A DNA stretch of 64,000 bases from Podarcis liolepis (Eukaryota): NCBI GenBank assembly GCA_965112155.1, contig OZ218104.1. One strand, written 5' to 3'. The notes beneath the pieces are model-generated. The model made no database searches and was not told where the DNA came from. It saw only the letters and a program-made list of their open reading frames with translations. A program made the translations under genes and the position numbers. Below, piece after piece: positions 13,444-26,050 of the stretch. Positions within the stretch are counted from its first letter, which is position 1, and every line of letters begins with the position of its first letter.

Positions 13444-15526
13444 AACTAGACAGTCCTTAAGAAGATAAGAGCCTGCTGGATCAGGCCAAAGGCCCATCTA
13501 ATCCAGCATCCTGCTCTCACAGGGACCAAGCACATGCCTTGGTGGGAAAACCAAAGGGAGAACCTGAACAGCAACTCTCCCCACTTGTGACTCACATCAA
13601 CATGTACCCAGAGGAGGGGAAACACAGCTGTCATACAGAGCTGTCTTCTGTACAGCAAGGGCAATTCCACACCATATGTTTTTTTAAAAAAACACCCAAT
13701 GCAAATTTAAAGCCCCCGAAAGAATCCCAGGAACTGTAGTTCAAGCCTCACAGGGTTACAATTCACGGCACCCTTAACAAACTACAGTTCCCAGGGTTCT
13801 TTGCCAGGAGGGGAGGAAAGTGGCTTAAATGTGCGTTGAATGGGCTTCAAATGTACAGCATCGATCATGTGGCCACCCTCCTCAAGACAGTGGGCGCTGG
13901 TGGGGTTTCTAGGACTAAAGCAACAGCAGCCCAAGGGTGCCAGATTATGGGGCAGAGGCCTGGGACCCCACTTTGCAGAATGAGCTGGGCGCCCCCTCCC
14001 CACACCAGTAGCAATTTTGAAGTAAGCAATTCTGACCCATCGAAAGAAGAGGGAGTCCAATAAGACCATTATGCTAGTCCCGCTCAGAGCAGGCCCACTG
14101 ATTCCAGCACTGGGAGAGCTGGGAAGCAGAACTCCCTCCGTCAGCTCTGCTGTGACAGGCTAGTCCCATCAGGCTTCCTCTCCCTCAACAGGCATCTGGG
14201 GGCAACCATTCTACAGAGCTGCATCAGTGGAAGACAGGAAGCAGAAGGCTGGTTTCTTCAGCTCTGCTGGAGGCCCAGCTCCATCAGGCCCCTCTTTGCC
14301 CCTGAACCGTGTCATCCTTTCTTCATTATAGGAACACATGTTTAGAAACTGATGCCTGACTTTTGCTTTTCCTCTTCCCTCCCTGTCCCTTTTCCCTTGT
14401 GTGTCACGTTTTTTAAGATTGTAAGGACGGTCTTTTTTGGAGTGTGCGTAAGACACTCTGTGGGTCTTTTTGGCTGAAGAGTGGGATACAAATGCTGGAA
14501 ATAAATAAATTAAATAACCGGCAGGACTAACAGAAGTTTGTGATTTTCAGTGGGTCCACTCAGAGTAAAACTTAGTTGGCTGCAACCCACAAAGCCCAAA
14601 GTTTGAAAGCTACCTGATTGCACCACTGCAGCTACTCAGGATTCTTCCCCCCCCCCACCTTCCACCTGCCAAGGCACAGAATCGCACTGTTACACCATCT
14701 TTGCCAGTGGATCAGAGCTTAGAACCGCAACAAGGACAGTTCGCAAGCACCCAGCTCCGCAACGCTGGTTCTACGGTGTCCTGGCCAAGTATTCCACTGA
14801 AATACATACATAAATATATTTTGGGAAACTGACACGGGGCAGTCGCTGTGCTGCGCCCAGATACTGGCCACGCTCCAGCTTGCCGCTCCACTCTCTTTCT
14901 GCCTCTGTTATTCCGGCCCGGGAGCAAACTCAGCGGCACATTTCATTCCCAAGCTGCGGGTTTATTTATTACGTCTTTCGGTTATTGTTTCAGGAGGATC
15001 CAGGAAAAGGGCCGTGCCCTTGTGACAACATGTGCATTACTGCTAAGTCAGATCCGGACAGGCTGCTCTCCCTGCAAGACTCGGTTCCCCCCACCCCCCA
15101 AAAAAGTGTGTTGCGGGAAGAGAGAGTCAACAACACCATTTGCTTCCCTGACACAAAACTCTCACTCCCACCCCCTTCTTGTTTTGGCTCCGTGGCAGAA
15201 AGGCCGCTTGCCAAGTTGGAAACCACTTGCCAAATTACAGCCCTACACAGCCACCTTGTAAGAGAGCCAGGAACGGGAGTCTGCAGCAAGCCTGCATTTT
15301 ACATTTCAAGCTGCAATGGGGAATCTAATTACCACTTACAAGGAAGAAGGCGGGCTGGGGCGGTTGTGGGGCGGAGGGAGAGAGAGAAAAAAATATTAAG
15401 AAATATTTTCCAGGACACTCAAGTCCGCTGGGCTACTTTTCTTTAGCAGGAAAAGACACGCATAAAATGTCTCTGTGCCAGCAGCTTCCAAACATTGCAG
15501 GCCAGGGAGAAAGGCAGAGGTCCCCT

Positions 15527-15675
15527 CACTAGCTAGCACATTTGCAAAGCTAAGCAGGGTCTGGTGTGGTTTCAAATTTCATGAGGAACCATGTGTTGAG
15601 ATTCCTGCATTGCAGGGTCTTGGACTAGATGACTCTTGGGGTTCCTTCCAACTCTATAATTTCCTAATTCTATGA
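15527..15675 (+). mobile_element. 5S rRNA-derived head plus CR1-type tail SINE (second copy)
   Basis: atttgcaaagctaagcagggtctggtgtggtt...gagattcctgcattgcagggtcttggactagatga...ttccaactcta...ttctatga. Confidence 0.6.
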
Positions 15676-16043
15676 GTGGCTGGTGGGGCAAAAGGCAAGA
15701 AACCCAACAGTGGACAGAGCCACAGCCGATGACAGGCAGAGACAGAGCCAATGAGAAGCCAGACTTATTCTAGTTTGGTCCCCATCCTCTTCCTCCTTGC
15801 TGAGTTCTACAAGGGGCAACACTGAGACTAAGCAGGAGGAAGCTCACAGCAAACAACAAAAATCAGCAGGAACTCTCAGTCAGATGTATTTCAAGCCAGC
15901 CACAAATTCCAGATTTCTGTTTCCTTGGCTGCCTAACTTCCATCAGCTAGGCCACTGCACTCCACTTCTGCTCATTTCCTGCCTGAGCAGATGGGAATGT
16001 GCTGAATAGCAAGCAGTTACCAGTCATCAATGCCTTCCCGCTA

Positions 16044-16285
16044 CAGTGGTACCTCGAATTAAGAACTTAATTCATTCTGGAAGTCCGTTCTTAACCTGAA
16101 ACTGTTCTTAACCTGAAGCACCACTTTAGCTAATGGGGCCTCCCACTACCGCCGCGCCGCTGGAGCACGATTTCTGTTCTCATCCTGAAGCAAAGTTCTT
16201 AACCTGAGGTACTATTTCTGGGTTAGCGGAGTCTGTAACCTGAAATGTCTGTAACCTGAAGCGTATGTAACCCGAGGTACCACTG
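16044..16285. mobile_element. Tigger-like MITE
   Basis: TA-flanked cagtggtacctc TIRs. Confidence 0.85.
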
Positions 16286-16870
16286 TACACTAATTGGCAG
16301 CAGCTCTCCATTCCTACCCAGAGATGCCAGGGAATGAACCTGGGACCGCTGAACTACATAGGCAAGAGGATCTGCTGGACAATCCTGGAGGATAAGGCAA
16401 TTGGAGGATTGACGGTTACTAGCCATGATGGTTCTGCTCTGCATTGTAGTCTTCCTAGAAACAACTGGTTGGCCTCTCTTGGACACTGGCCTAAATGGAG
16501 CTTGGCTCAGATCTGGAAGGCTCTTCCGATTATAAATCAGGTTGTATCCAGCTAAGTCCCATTGAAATTGATGAGCCCAGGTCGGTCATGCCCACTAACT
16601 TCAATGGGCCTACCCTGAGCAGGGCTAGCACTGGAGACGGCCCCTGAGATTCCATCAGGGAGACTGGTACAGGAAGATAATGACACTTTGCACGTTCAGC
16701 CTCTCTTCGCCTGACTCCAGGCAGCTGGAGGTCATCAGCAACCTAGAGCTGCCTACGGCTGTTCCAGCTGTAAATCCAATTTTTTACAGTGGCTCCCAAG
16801 TCAGTTGTAACAACGGTCTATAATCCGGCCGTTAATTAGAAATTTAAGGGTGTCTGTCTTTCCAGGCTTC

Positions 16871-17025
16871 NNNNNNNNNNNNNNNNNNNNNNNNNNNNNN
16901 NNNNNNNNNNNNNNNNNNNNNNNNNNNNNNNNNNNNNNNNNNNNNNNNNNNNNNNNNNNNNNNNNNNNNNNNNNNNNNNNNNNNNNNNNNNNNNNNNNNN
17001 NNNNNNNNNNNNNNNNNNNNNNNNN
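16871..17025. other. Assembly gap (155 N)
   Basis: Run of n. Confidence 1.
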
Positions 17026-17248
17026 TGTATCGCTACCACATCAAATGAGATACAAGCTCCCATCTAACAGCCTTCACAAGATCCTGGCTTTTGCTAGCCT
17101 TCCAAACAACTGCAATCAAAAACACCACGGCCGCCCCTGCAAGCAGCTTAGAAAACAACCTTTGGGTCTGGACTGTGAATTTCAAAACCGCTCTCCCAAG
17201 GTGGTGGGATTTCACGCCAGACAAGGCATGGGGCTTGTTAGTCTAGGA

Positions 17249-17494
17249 CAAGGGTCAGCAACCTTTTTCAGCTGTGGGCCGGTCCACCGTCCCTCAGACC
17301 ATGTGGTGGGCCAGACTGTTTTTTTGGGGGGGGAACGAATTCCTATGCCCCACAAATAACCCAGAGATGCATTTTAAATAAAAGCACACATTCTACTCAT
17401 GTAAAAACACGCTGATTCCTGGACCGTCTGTGGGCTGGATTGAGAAGGCGATTGGGCCGCATCCGGCCCATGGGCTTTAGTTTGCCTACCCATG
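17249..17494. mobile_element. hAT-Charlie-like MITE (~245 bp)
   Basis: Same family as 43462-43708 in opposite orientation; degenerate TSD gtctagga/gggtagga. Confidence 0.75.
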
Positions 17495-18534
17495 GGGTAG
17501 GAGGGAAGAGCCTCACAGCAGGGAGATTCAAATCCTAGGATTCAAATCCTAGGCAAGCCCTGCCAGGGGAGAATGGGGGCTCTGAAGAGGGGATGTGGCT
17601 CAGCAGTAGAGCCCTGGTTTTGCATGCAGAAGGTCCCAGGTTCAATCCTCAACATCTCCACTTAAAAGGATCAGGAAGCAGGGGGTGCCCGAGATTCGCT
17701 GTCAGTCATAGAAATAACCACAGGCAGACCTTCTGCTTAATCAGACCACTGGTCTATCTATCTCAGTATTGTCTGCACGGATGGCAGGAGCTGCCTAAGG
17801 CTTAAGGCTAGGGACCGTTCCCACCCCTATCTGGGGATACTGGAGCCTGAACCTGGGACCTTCTCCATGCAAGCAGATGCTCTACCACCCAGCCATGGCC
17901 CTTCCTGTAAGACATAGGACCACTGAGCTCAATATTGTGAAAACCGACAGGCAATGGCTGTTCAGGCAGGAGAGGGCTGGGAAAGATTGCCTGCCTGAAG
18001 CCCTGGAGAGCCACTGCCGTTCAGTGTAGACGATGCTGAGTCAGATACATGACTTGGCATAAGACAGCTTGCCATGTCCCTAACCCCAAGCAAAGAGCAG
18101 GAACTCATAATGACAGCAGGGCGATCCAGCTGATGCACAGAAGCAAGGCAGTCAACAAGGCAACCGTCTCCTTGATGCAGGTTAACACCATCACTATCCC
18201 CCAGGGTGCTGGATGTCAGCAGGGTTAAGGAACTTTAATTGCCAGAGGGAAGGGGAAATTAAGATAAGCAGCTGCTGTGTGTGAGGATCTAACGCTCCCG
18301 GATGCTTCTGGGTTGCAACAGTTCCGCATGGGAAAGGCAGTGTGGTGCAGTGGTTAGAGTGTGGGACTAGGACCTAGGAGACCAGGGTGCAAATCCCCCA
18401 CTCGGCCAGTGAGTGGCCGTGGGCCTGTTGCTGTATCTCAGCCTGGCCTATCTTACAAGGTTATTGTAAGGATAAAAATTGAGAAAAAGGTCCATGTATG
18501 CAACCTTGAGCTCCTTGGGGGGAAATGAATGCAA

Positions 18535-18569
<35 letters not shown>

Positions 18570-21500
18570 AATAAAATAAAATAGATAAATGGGGTGAGGA
18601 ATTTGAAGACTGAAGGAAGTGGACAAGGGGGTTTAACTGGTTCGGCCACTGTGCATCCAAGTCTTCCTCTCCCCTCCACAACTGCTGAAATGATTCACAG
18701 CTCTAAGGTTAGGAGGAAAGCAAAACTCGCACTTACCACGGCAAGCAAAAAATAAATACTGTAAATGTGGAAGCCTGCCTTCCACTTGACAGCTAGCCTG
18801 GGAACACCTAGCAACACAGGTGTGAACTGAATTACTTCACTTACTTGAACCTGTGTTGCTTTTCGGGCCCCTCCTGCCTATTCTGCTGAGGGGGGCACCC
18901 CAAAGTCTTGGCCTGGTGGCATCACTTCTAGGGTCAGGGCCTTCTCAGTGGTGGCCCCTACTGTTGGAACTCCCTCCCAAGGGATGCACAGTTGGCCCCT
19001 TCAGTATACAAACAGGCTCTGAATATCTTGGCTTCTGCAGTAGTTGGGGGACCTCTGACCCGTGGGATGTTGCTGGACTCCACACACACACACACACACA
19101 CACACCCCGCCTCAGCCAGCATGCCCAATGGTCACAGACGGTGAGGGGAGCTGAGCTCCAGGAACTACTTGAGGGTTCTGAATTTTAACTGATGGGATTA
19201 TATTGAATATGCTACTGTTTTAATGCTGTGGTTCATGGTCATTATTTTATGCTGGCTCATTTATATTTTTTAATGCTGTTGCTTATCCTTTGAATTTTGC
19301 TGATGGGTTTCCCACAGGCATCTGGTTAGCCACTGAGAGAACAGAATGCTGGGGTAAGTGAGCTCTTGGCCTGATCCAGCAGGCTTGTCTTACATTCGTA
19401 TGGATCTTAAAAATCTTTAAAATGATTTTTTTAAAAAAAACAAAAGTCACATACACACAATGAATGTAAAACAGCCCCCCCCCCCAAAAAAAACCCTAGC
19501 TTACCTCTCATGGAGCTACAATTCCCAGCACCCTTAACAAACTACAATTCCCAGAATTATTGATGGGGGGGTAACTGCACTTTAAACATATAGTGCGTGT
19601 GTGTATGCAGTCTAACATTAAATTGTTCCAGCTTTGGGGTTTATGGTTTATGTCGCCGTGCCCTGCCTTGAGAGGACTCTGTCCAGGAAAACACTCAGAA
19701 TAAAACAAATCTGTTTTCCATGGGGCTCTCTTGCATCATTCCACTTCCCTCCGCTCCGTCTGACCTTTTTGCAGGCGACACACAACACCAAGATCGCAGT
19801 GCCGGAAATAGATACAGGTACGAGCCGTCCGACACGGAGGGGAGGGGAGGCTTGTTACCAAGAGATTATTAGATTTCAAATGCTGATTCATGGTTGCCAT
19901 CCAAAGAGCTGGAGATGATGAGGCCTGTGGCTTTTTTCCTTCCTTTTTTAATTATCTAAATGCCAACAAGTGGTTGTGTGCCAAACCAGGCAATACAGAT
20001 CTTGGAGGTGGAGAGACTGGGGGGAGTGTGGGCCATCATAAGGCCTTAAGGTGGGCTTCTTACTATTTTTATTCTTTAAAAAAAGGTCTGCGTCGTAGAA
20101 ACGTAAGGAAAGCCTTGCTGTGTCAGCTCAAAGGTTCATCTAGTCCCTAAATGCAGGGAAGGGCCATAGTTCCGTGGCAGAGCATCGGCACTGCATGCAA
20201 AAGATGCCAGGATCAAGTTTCAATGTCATCTCCAATTAAGGCTGAGAGGGACCCCCACATTACACCCTGGGGAGCCACTGCTAGTCAGTGTAGACAACAC
20301 CAAGCTAGATGGACCAATAGCCTAACTCAATATAAGGAAGCTTCCTATGTTCTCATGTCTTAAGGAAAAAGGCTTGTCTCAGTGGTTTTAGCACTTGCTT
20401 CGCATGCAAATCCCGGCATTTCTGGGTAACACTGGGCATAACCCCCGTCCGAAGCCCCGGAGAGCTGCTGCCGGTCGGTGCAGGCAACAGAGTCTGACCA
20501 GATTGATGGCATGGTTGCACATGACTGAAGTCACCTGGATGCAAAGTAATAATAATAATAATAATAATAACAACAACAATAATAATAATAATCCCCTGCC
20601 CCAAGAAGACCGGCATATCAGGGAGAACCTTCTTAGCCTAGTTTCCTATGAGCGGGGCTTTTAAAAAAAATGTATACAGAAACGTTCAGACATGCAAGTT
20701 GCCCACCTCAAAGAGGGAAAGGCCTCTTTTTCTAGAAAGTGTGCAATTTTAGAACCACCCAGAGCAGGTGTCCCTAGACTACAGATAAGTAAGCGAAAGA
20801 GACAGATGTTTCCAAAGATCAACACCTCGCGCACATGAACTATTATGCACCTCACCCGATTTCTCCCAAGCTGAGACACAGCACAAAGGGCTCTTTAATT
20901 CCCTTCCCGATGCACAAACAACAAGGGAGGCATTGGCAGAGCCCTTTGCCCTCTGGACATACCTCGGCCACTTTCTCCACAGCCCAGAGACAAGCAAAGA
21001 GCTCTTCAACCTCCTGCAGGGAGATTTTGGAACCCACCACCCAGAGCAAAGCATTGTGGGGGCGCAAAAAGGCACAGCACCCACAATACCCCTTGTTTTA
21101 ACCCCCTTCGTTGGACAGAGGAACACAGACCGCCACGCTCTCACCAGCTAACATTTATATACGTTTGTCCACTACTGCTGGTGGGGTGGGGTGATCAATT
21201 CGGCCCAAGACAAGACGATACGCCCCCTCCTCTCAAAAACCATAAGCAGTATGGTCCCTCTTTCTACCTATCTGAGGAACAACCTTCTGTTGTTGTTGTA
21301 TTACCAATTCCAGTGGTTATCGGGTCCCCCAAATTGTGCACATTCTTCATCCCTCTTCTGTTCCATCTCTTGACACTAGTCAGTAATGAAACAATAAGGA
21401 AGTCCCAACCACCAGCACACCTGGAAATGTCTCCATTTTTACAGATTGGTCTATTGCACACTACTTCTGTGATTCTAAAGGTATGCTTTAGTAGAGATCC

Positions 21501-23126
21501 CTACATTGCAGTGGGTTGGACTAGATGACTCTCAGGGTCCCTTTCGACTCTACAATTCTATGATTCTATATCCTGCTCCTACCCCACCCCAAAAGAGGGC
21601 AATCAGGCCCACTTCACAGAGACCCCCAGACATTAAAGGAGGACCACCATCATATACCAGGCCTTGCAGCTGCCCAAGTGGGAGAGGATGAACAGGAAGG
21701 GGGGGAGCAAAAAATAATAATAAAAAGACACTCCAGTGCTTCCCGATGGAAGTCCCCCCACCTCTCAAGAGAGCCAAAATGAATTGAATAGGCATTCCCA
21801 GTTCTCCTTGGCAAGCGAAATTTAAGAGATATGCCCCCACACCAAAACATAGGAAGCTGTCTTGCACTGAGTCAGACCTTTAGTCCATCTTGTTCAGTAT
21901 TGACTACACTGACTGGCAGCAGCTCCCCAGAGTTTCAGGCAGGAAGCCTCTCCCAGTTCTATCTGGGGGTGCCACTGGGATTTGAACCAGGGACCTTCAG
22001 AGGACAAAGCTGTAGCCATGGCCGTTCCCTGGGTTACAATTTGTTCATCTCTGGGGCACTGCCAAGGCAGAAACAGTGAAAAAGGAAGAAAAAAGGACCC
22101 ACCCACCAACGGCACCTACAGAAATTCACACACCCCTTCCACTCCAAAAGATCTGGGAGAGGGGACACCCACAGCCTCCCTGAACCTCTCTTTGTAAGCA
22201 GGAAATGCCCAGTGGAGGGGCTTAGCATCTTCTTAAAAAACAGCTGACCCCAGAAGTCTACAGCCAAACACAAACCCCTACTGGCAACCCAGATTTCAGA
22301 AAGCAACACCTCTATGAGCAGGTAAAGCAAGGAGGCCCCTCACACCTTTTGGGTTGGATCCAGCGCTGCTTCTGCTCAGAGGCAGACCCATGGGAATTGA
22401 TCGGCACATGGCCAACTTTAGGCCCATTCATTTCAATGGGTCTACTCCGAGGAGGGTCCGAGTTGGAGGCAACCCCTTTTTTTGCTCCCAGAACTTTTAG
22501 TCATAATCATCGCGGACCCACCGATTCTCCCCAGAGACCTACGTTTCGGGAAATCCGGACGCCCCACAGTCATCCCCTCCAGGCTTTAAACCTTCACCAA
22601 CCTAGCACTGCCCACCGCTTCCAGAATGGTAAACCACGTAAAATCGGGAGCCTTTTCCTTTCCCGGAGAGTCCCCTTTATCTGATCAAAGCCACCAGAAA
22701 GGAAGAAATCCACAATTTCAGATCCAGTTTTCCTTTGACACCCAAAGGGGAGGGTGGAATATGTCACCCCCCTCCTTTTTTACAACCATGATATTAATGT
22801 ATGTCATTTCCAAACACCACCCTTCTCCCCCCCCCCCCCGACCCCACAAAGGTTGACATGTATAACGGCAGAGGGAAGCCTCTGGTGTGGATTCAGGGTA
22901 GATTTGCGTAAACCTGGTGATAGGGGCGAATGGGGGCTGTTTCACAAACCCCAGCAGATTTGAAAGCTCGCCACATTTTAAGAAAGGCATAAGTCACGCC
23001 GCGTTCAGGCAATCATGCAAACACACAGGAACGTGGCAAGGCAGATCTGGGTTTCCAAACGTCCTTTCCCTCCCCCTCCCCTTTTAATTTTTTTTAACGC
23101 CAAATAAAAACAGAATGCCAACTTAC

Positions 23127-23296
23127 CCAAAATCCTGATCCATAGATTTGAAGAAAAATTTGTAGTTATGCACCGGCCGGTTGCTGAGGACATTTTTAAA
23201 ATCTGCCAAAGTGACTTTTTCCGGGGAGACGGGCAATTTCACCAGATAAGGGGTCTCCTCTTCGTCAATGTGATAGATTATTTTTGTCTCCGCCAT
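23127..23296 (-). CDS. DVL1: Dishevelled-1 first coding exon (DIX domain N-terminus), 170 nt
   Basis: Translates [57 protein letters not shown], the DVL1 N-terminus. ATG context is tccATGg; donor GG|GTAAGT at 23126-23121. Adjacent to MXRA8 on the same strand as in mammals. Exon 2 is not in the window. Confidence 0.96.
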
Positions 23297-23899
23297 GGAC
23301 GAAGGAAGGGGTGTTGGGGGAGGTTGGAAGGGGAGGGGGGAACAGGGGAAGGTTGGGGGTGTGAGGAGATCTGCCAAGGAGGGGAGGAAAGAGAGAGAGA
23401 GAAAGGGGGGAGAGAAAAGGGGGTGGGTGGGTGAGGGAGGGGGGAATCAAGGCCAAGTTCAAGGTGCCAGTCCCTCAGATCCTTCGTTTTACAATGCAAT
23501 GCTTGCTTCCAAACAGGAAGGGAAATGTCAGTGTCTGCGGAATGCTACCGTAGCGAGCCATACGCAGAAGGGTTGTCACGCCCCACACCGCCCCTTAGCG
23601 GCACAGACGGAGACAGGCACCTGGAGGTGGGCTCGCCAGAATGCATTATCCCCAACGTTGGGGGCTGGATGCTTACAGCATCAAAATCGACCTCCTCTCC
23701 CCGCCTTGCCTTGCAAACCTGCTTCCAAAATCCGGAGACCCACAAAGGAGATGCGTAAGCCTTGCCTTCCCCAACGCCCCGGTATCCGATCTCTCTCTCT
23801 CACACACACACAAAATCCTGATTTATTGCAATGACACTTAATAAGAAGAAAATGTTGCAACGGTGAGATCGACCTAGAGATCTAAAGAGCCTCTTTGGC

Positions 23900-24620
23900 T
23901 TGCAAAGGCGGGCTTGCAGGCGGGCTTGCTGGCGGAGAGGTATAAAGAGGAAGGGTGGCGGAATCTAGAGATCCTTCCCCAAACTGCAAACCAGAGGTCT
24001 CTCCTCGGCACGCACACACAAATGCCCTCTCTCTATACCCAAAGTCCTCTCCTCTTCTCGGCAGTCTCCTCCCAACACACGCAGCTTAAAGGGCCACGGC
24101 TCGGGTTTTGGTTTTTTTGTTGTTGCAACCGCGCGCGCGCCCCCGTCCGCGGGCAAAAGGCGCGCCCGTGTTCCAAAGGCGCGCAGGAGCAGCTGCAGCA
24201 AGCAGGGACAATTGCGCCGCGCGTAGGCGTAGGTGAGATCCAGCAGGAGGGGCGCCTGCCACAAAACGCTCCCGTCGCCCCGGTCGTCCAGACACGCGTT
24301 TGAGGGTGTTGTATGAAGCACCGAGCGGAAACCTCCGCGATCAGCCCTTCCTGCCTGCAGTCACACAGAGCAGATTTGCAGGGGGGGCGTCATGTGACTA
24401 GCCCACCTCTTCCTGCTTCCCTCAATTGTGGGGTGCGAGTTTCTACAAGCAGTCTTAAGGTCGCCCGGTGGCTGCGGTTCTTATTTGATTTTTTAAATAC
24501 ATTTTTTTAGCAGGTAGGTAAGAGATCCGGGTCACATTCCCTTCCAGGCAACCTACCAGGGGCCACATGCCAGCGGTGGGCGGGGCTGGAAGCCAAAGCG
24601 GGCGGAGCAGCGGGTGCTCT
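23900..24620. promoter_or_regulatory. CpG island / DVL1 promoter region
   Basis: High CpG density (cgcgcgcgcgc ~24130), GC boxes (gggcgg ~24578, ~24600), GTCATGTGAC E/M-box at 24389-24398, directly upstream of the DVL1 ATG exon. Confidence 0.8.
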
Positions 24621-24966
24621 TTATATGCTTTGAACAGCAAGCTCGTTTCTCTACATACTGGCACACCCCTCTCTAGCCACCATCCACGCAAGCAAAACAA
24701 ACAAAAAGCGTTATCAGAGTTCGAGGACACAGCCTAACCCCAAGGCAGGCGATTGCAAAAGAGGAACGGGAGGGGTGTGGCAAAGGGAGAGGGGTGTGGC
24801 CAAAGGTTGAGGGGTGTGGCCAGGGCAAAGGGGTGTGGCGTGGGGAGAGTCCTGCAGGCCACATAGAGAAACCTGAAGGAGTCCTTATCCCTGAAATAGA
24901 TGTATCTCACTTTCTTTTACATCTGAGCCTCTTCTCACACCCCCAAAAAGATGAAGAAAAAAAGTA

Positions 24967-25204
24967 CAGCGGTACCTTGGGTACACTTCAGGTTACATAC
25001 GCTTCAGGTTACAGACTCTGCTAACCCAGAAATAGTATCTCTGCTTAAGAACTTCGCTTCAGGATGAGAACAGAAATCGTCCTCCGGCGGCACGGCGGCA
25101 GCAGAAGGCCCCCATTAGCTAAAGTGGTGCTTCAGGTTAAGAACAGTTTCAGGCTAAGAACGGACGTCCGGAACAAATTAAGTACTTAACCCGAGGTACC
25201 ACTG
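24967..25204. mobile_element. Tigger-like MITE
   Basis: TA-flanked TIRs, same internal sequence as the other copies. Confidence 0.85.
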
Positions 25205-25807
25205 TAGGAGAGAGGCTAGCAGGGAAACTTACTTGATCACCCAAGCATTCTGGAACAATTCATATTGAAAAGGTGCAGATTGTCAGTTACAATGGATGCG
25301 TATTTTTTGTTATAATATATTTTTTGGTGTGTGCTATTAAACGGTAAGTCACTTTGAGACGATTTTTTGTAGTAAGCAACAAATAAATATAATAAGAATA
25401 TTGTCCTATAGATGTCCTATTACCTATTGTCGTTACTGCTGCTTTTATAGTTTACGCCGGCGCCTTTGTTTTTACAGTTTTACAGTTTTTGTAAATCACA
25501 TGGAAATTTTAATGATGCAAAGACTGCTGAAAGAGGTTGGAACGGGAGAGCAGGTTGAGCTTTTCCTCAAATATGTGTCACATATTTGTAGATTGTGAGC
25601 CTGAAACCAGGGGCTGTGAGGTTGTTATTTTTAATTGATGTGTAGGCCAGTCTGGGACCTTTTCCACTTAAAGAGTGGGTTATAAATGCTTGTATATATA
25701 AGCATTATATTATATACAGGTATAATATAATAATGGGCAAGTGGGGACGTGTAACAAAATTTAGTTGTGTGGCATGTCCCTCTTTCAGCAAGCCAGTCGT
25801 GCCTGTT

Positions 25808-26050
25808 AGAAGAAGAAGAAGAGTTTGGATTTGATATCCCGCCTTTCACGGAGTCTCAAAGCGGCTAACATTCTCCTTTCCCTTCCTCCCCCACAACAAA
25901 CACTCTGTGAGGTGAGTGGGGCTGAGAGACTTCAGAGAAGTGTGACTGGCCCAAGGTCACCCAGCAGCTGCATGTGGAGGAGCGGAGACGCGAACCCGGT
26001 TCCCCAGATTACGAGACTACCACTCTTAACCACTACACCACACTGGCTCT
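25808..26050 (-). mobile_element. Squam3-like SINE, young subfamily with (TTC)n tail
   Basis: (GAA)n tail on plus, head ...cttaaccactacaccacactggc; nearly identical to 55653-55898. Confidence 0.8.

Noticed and set aside
16836-17359. ORFs spanning the N run
   Set aside because: Artefacts of the assembly gap.
23295-24321. Several 100-180-aa ORFs over the DVL1 5' region
   Set aside because: Expected in GC-rich, stop-poor CpG island sequence; no recognisable domains.
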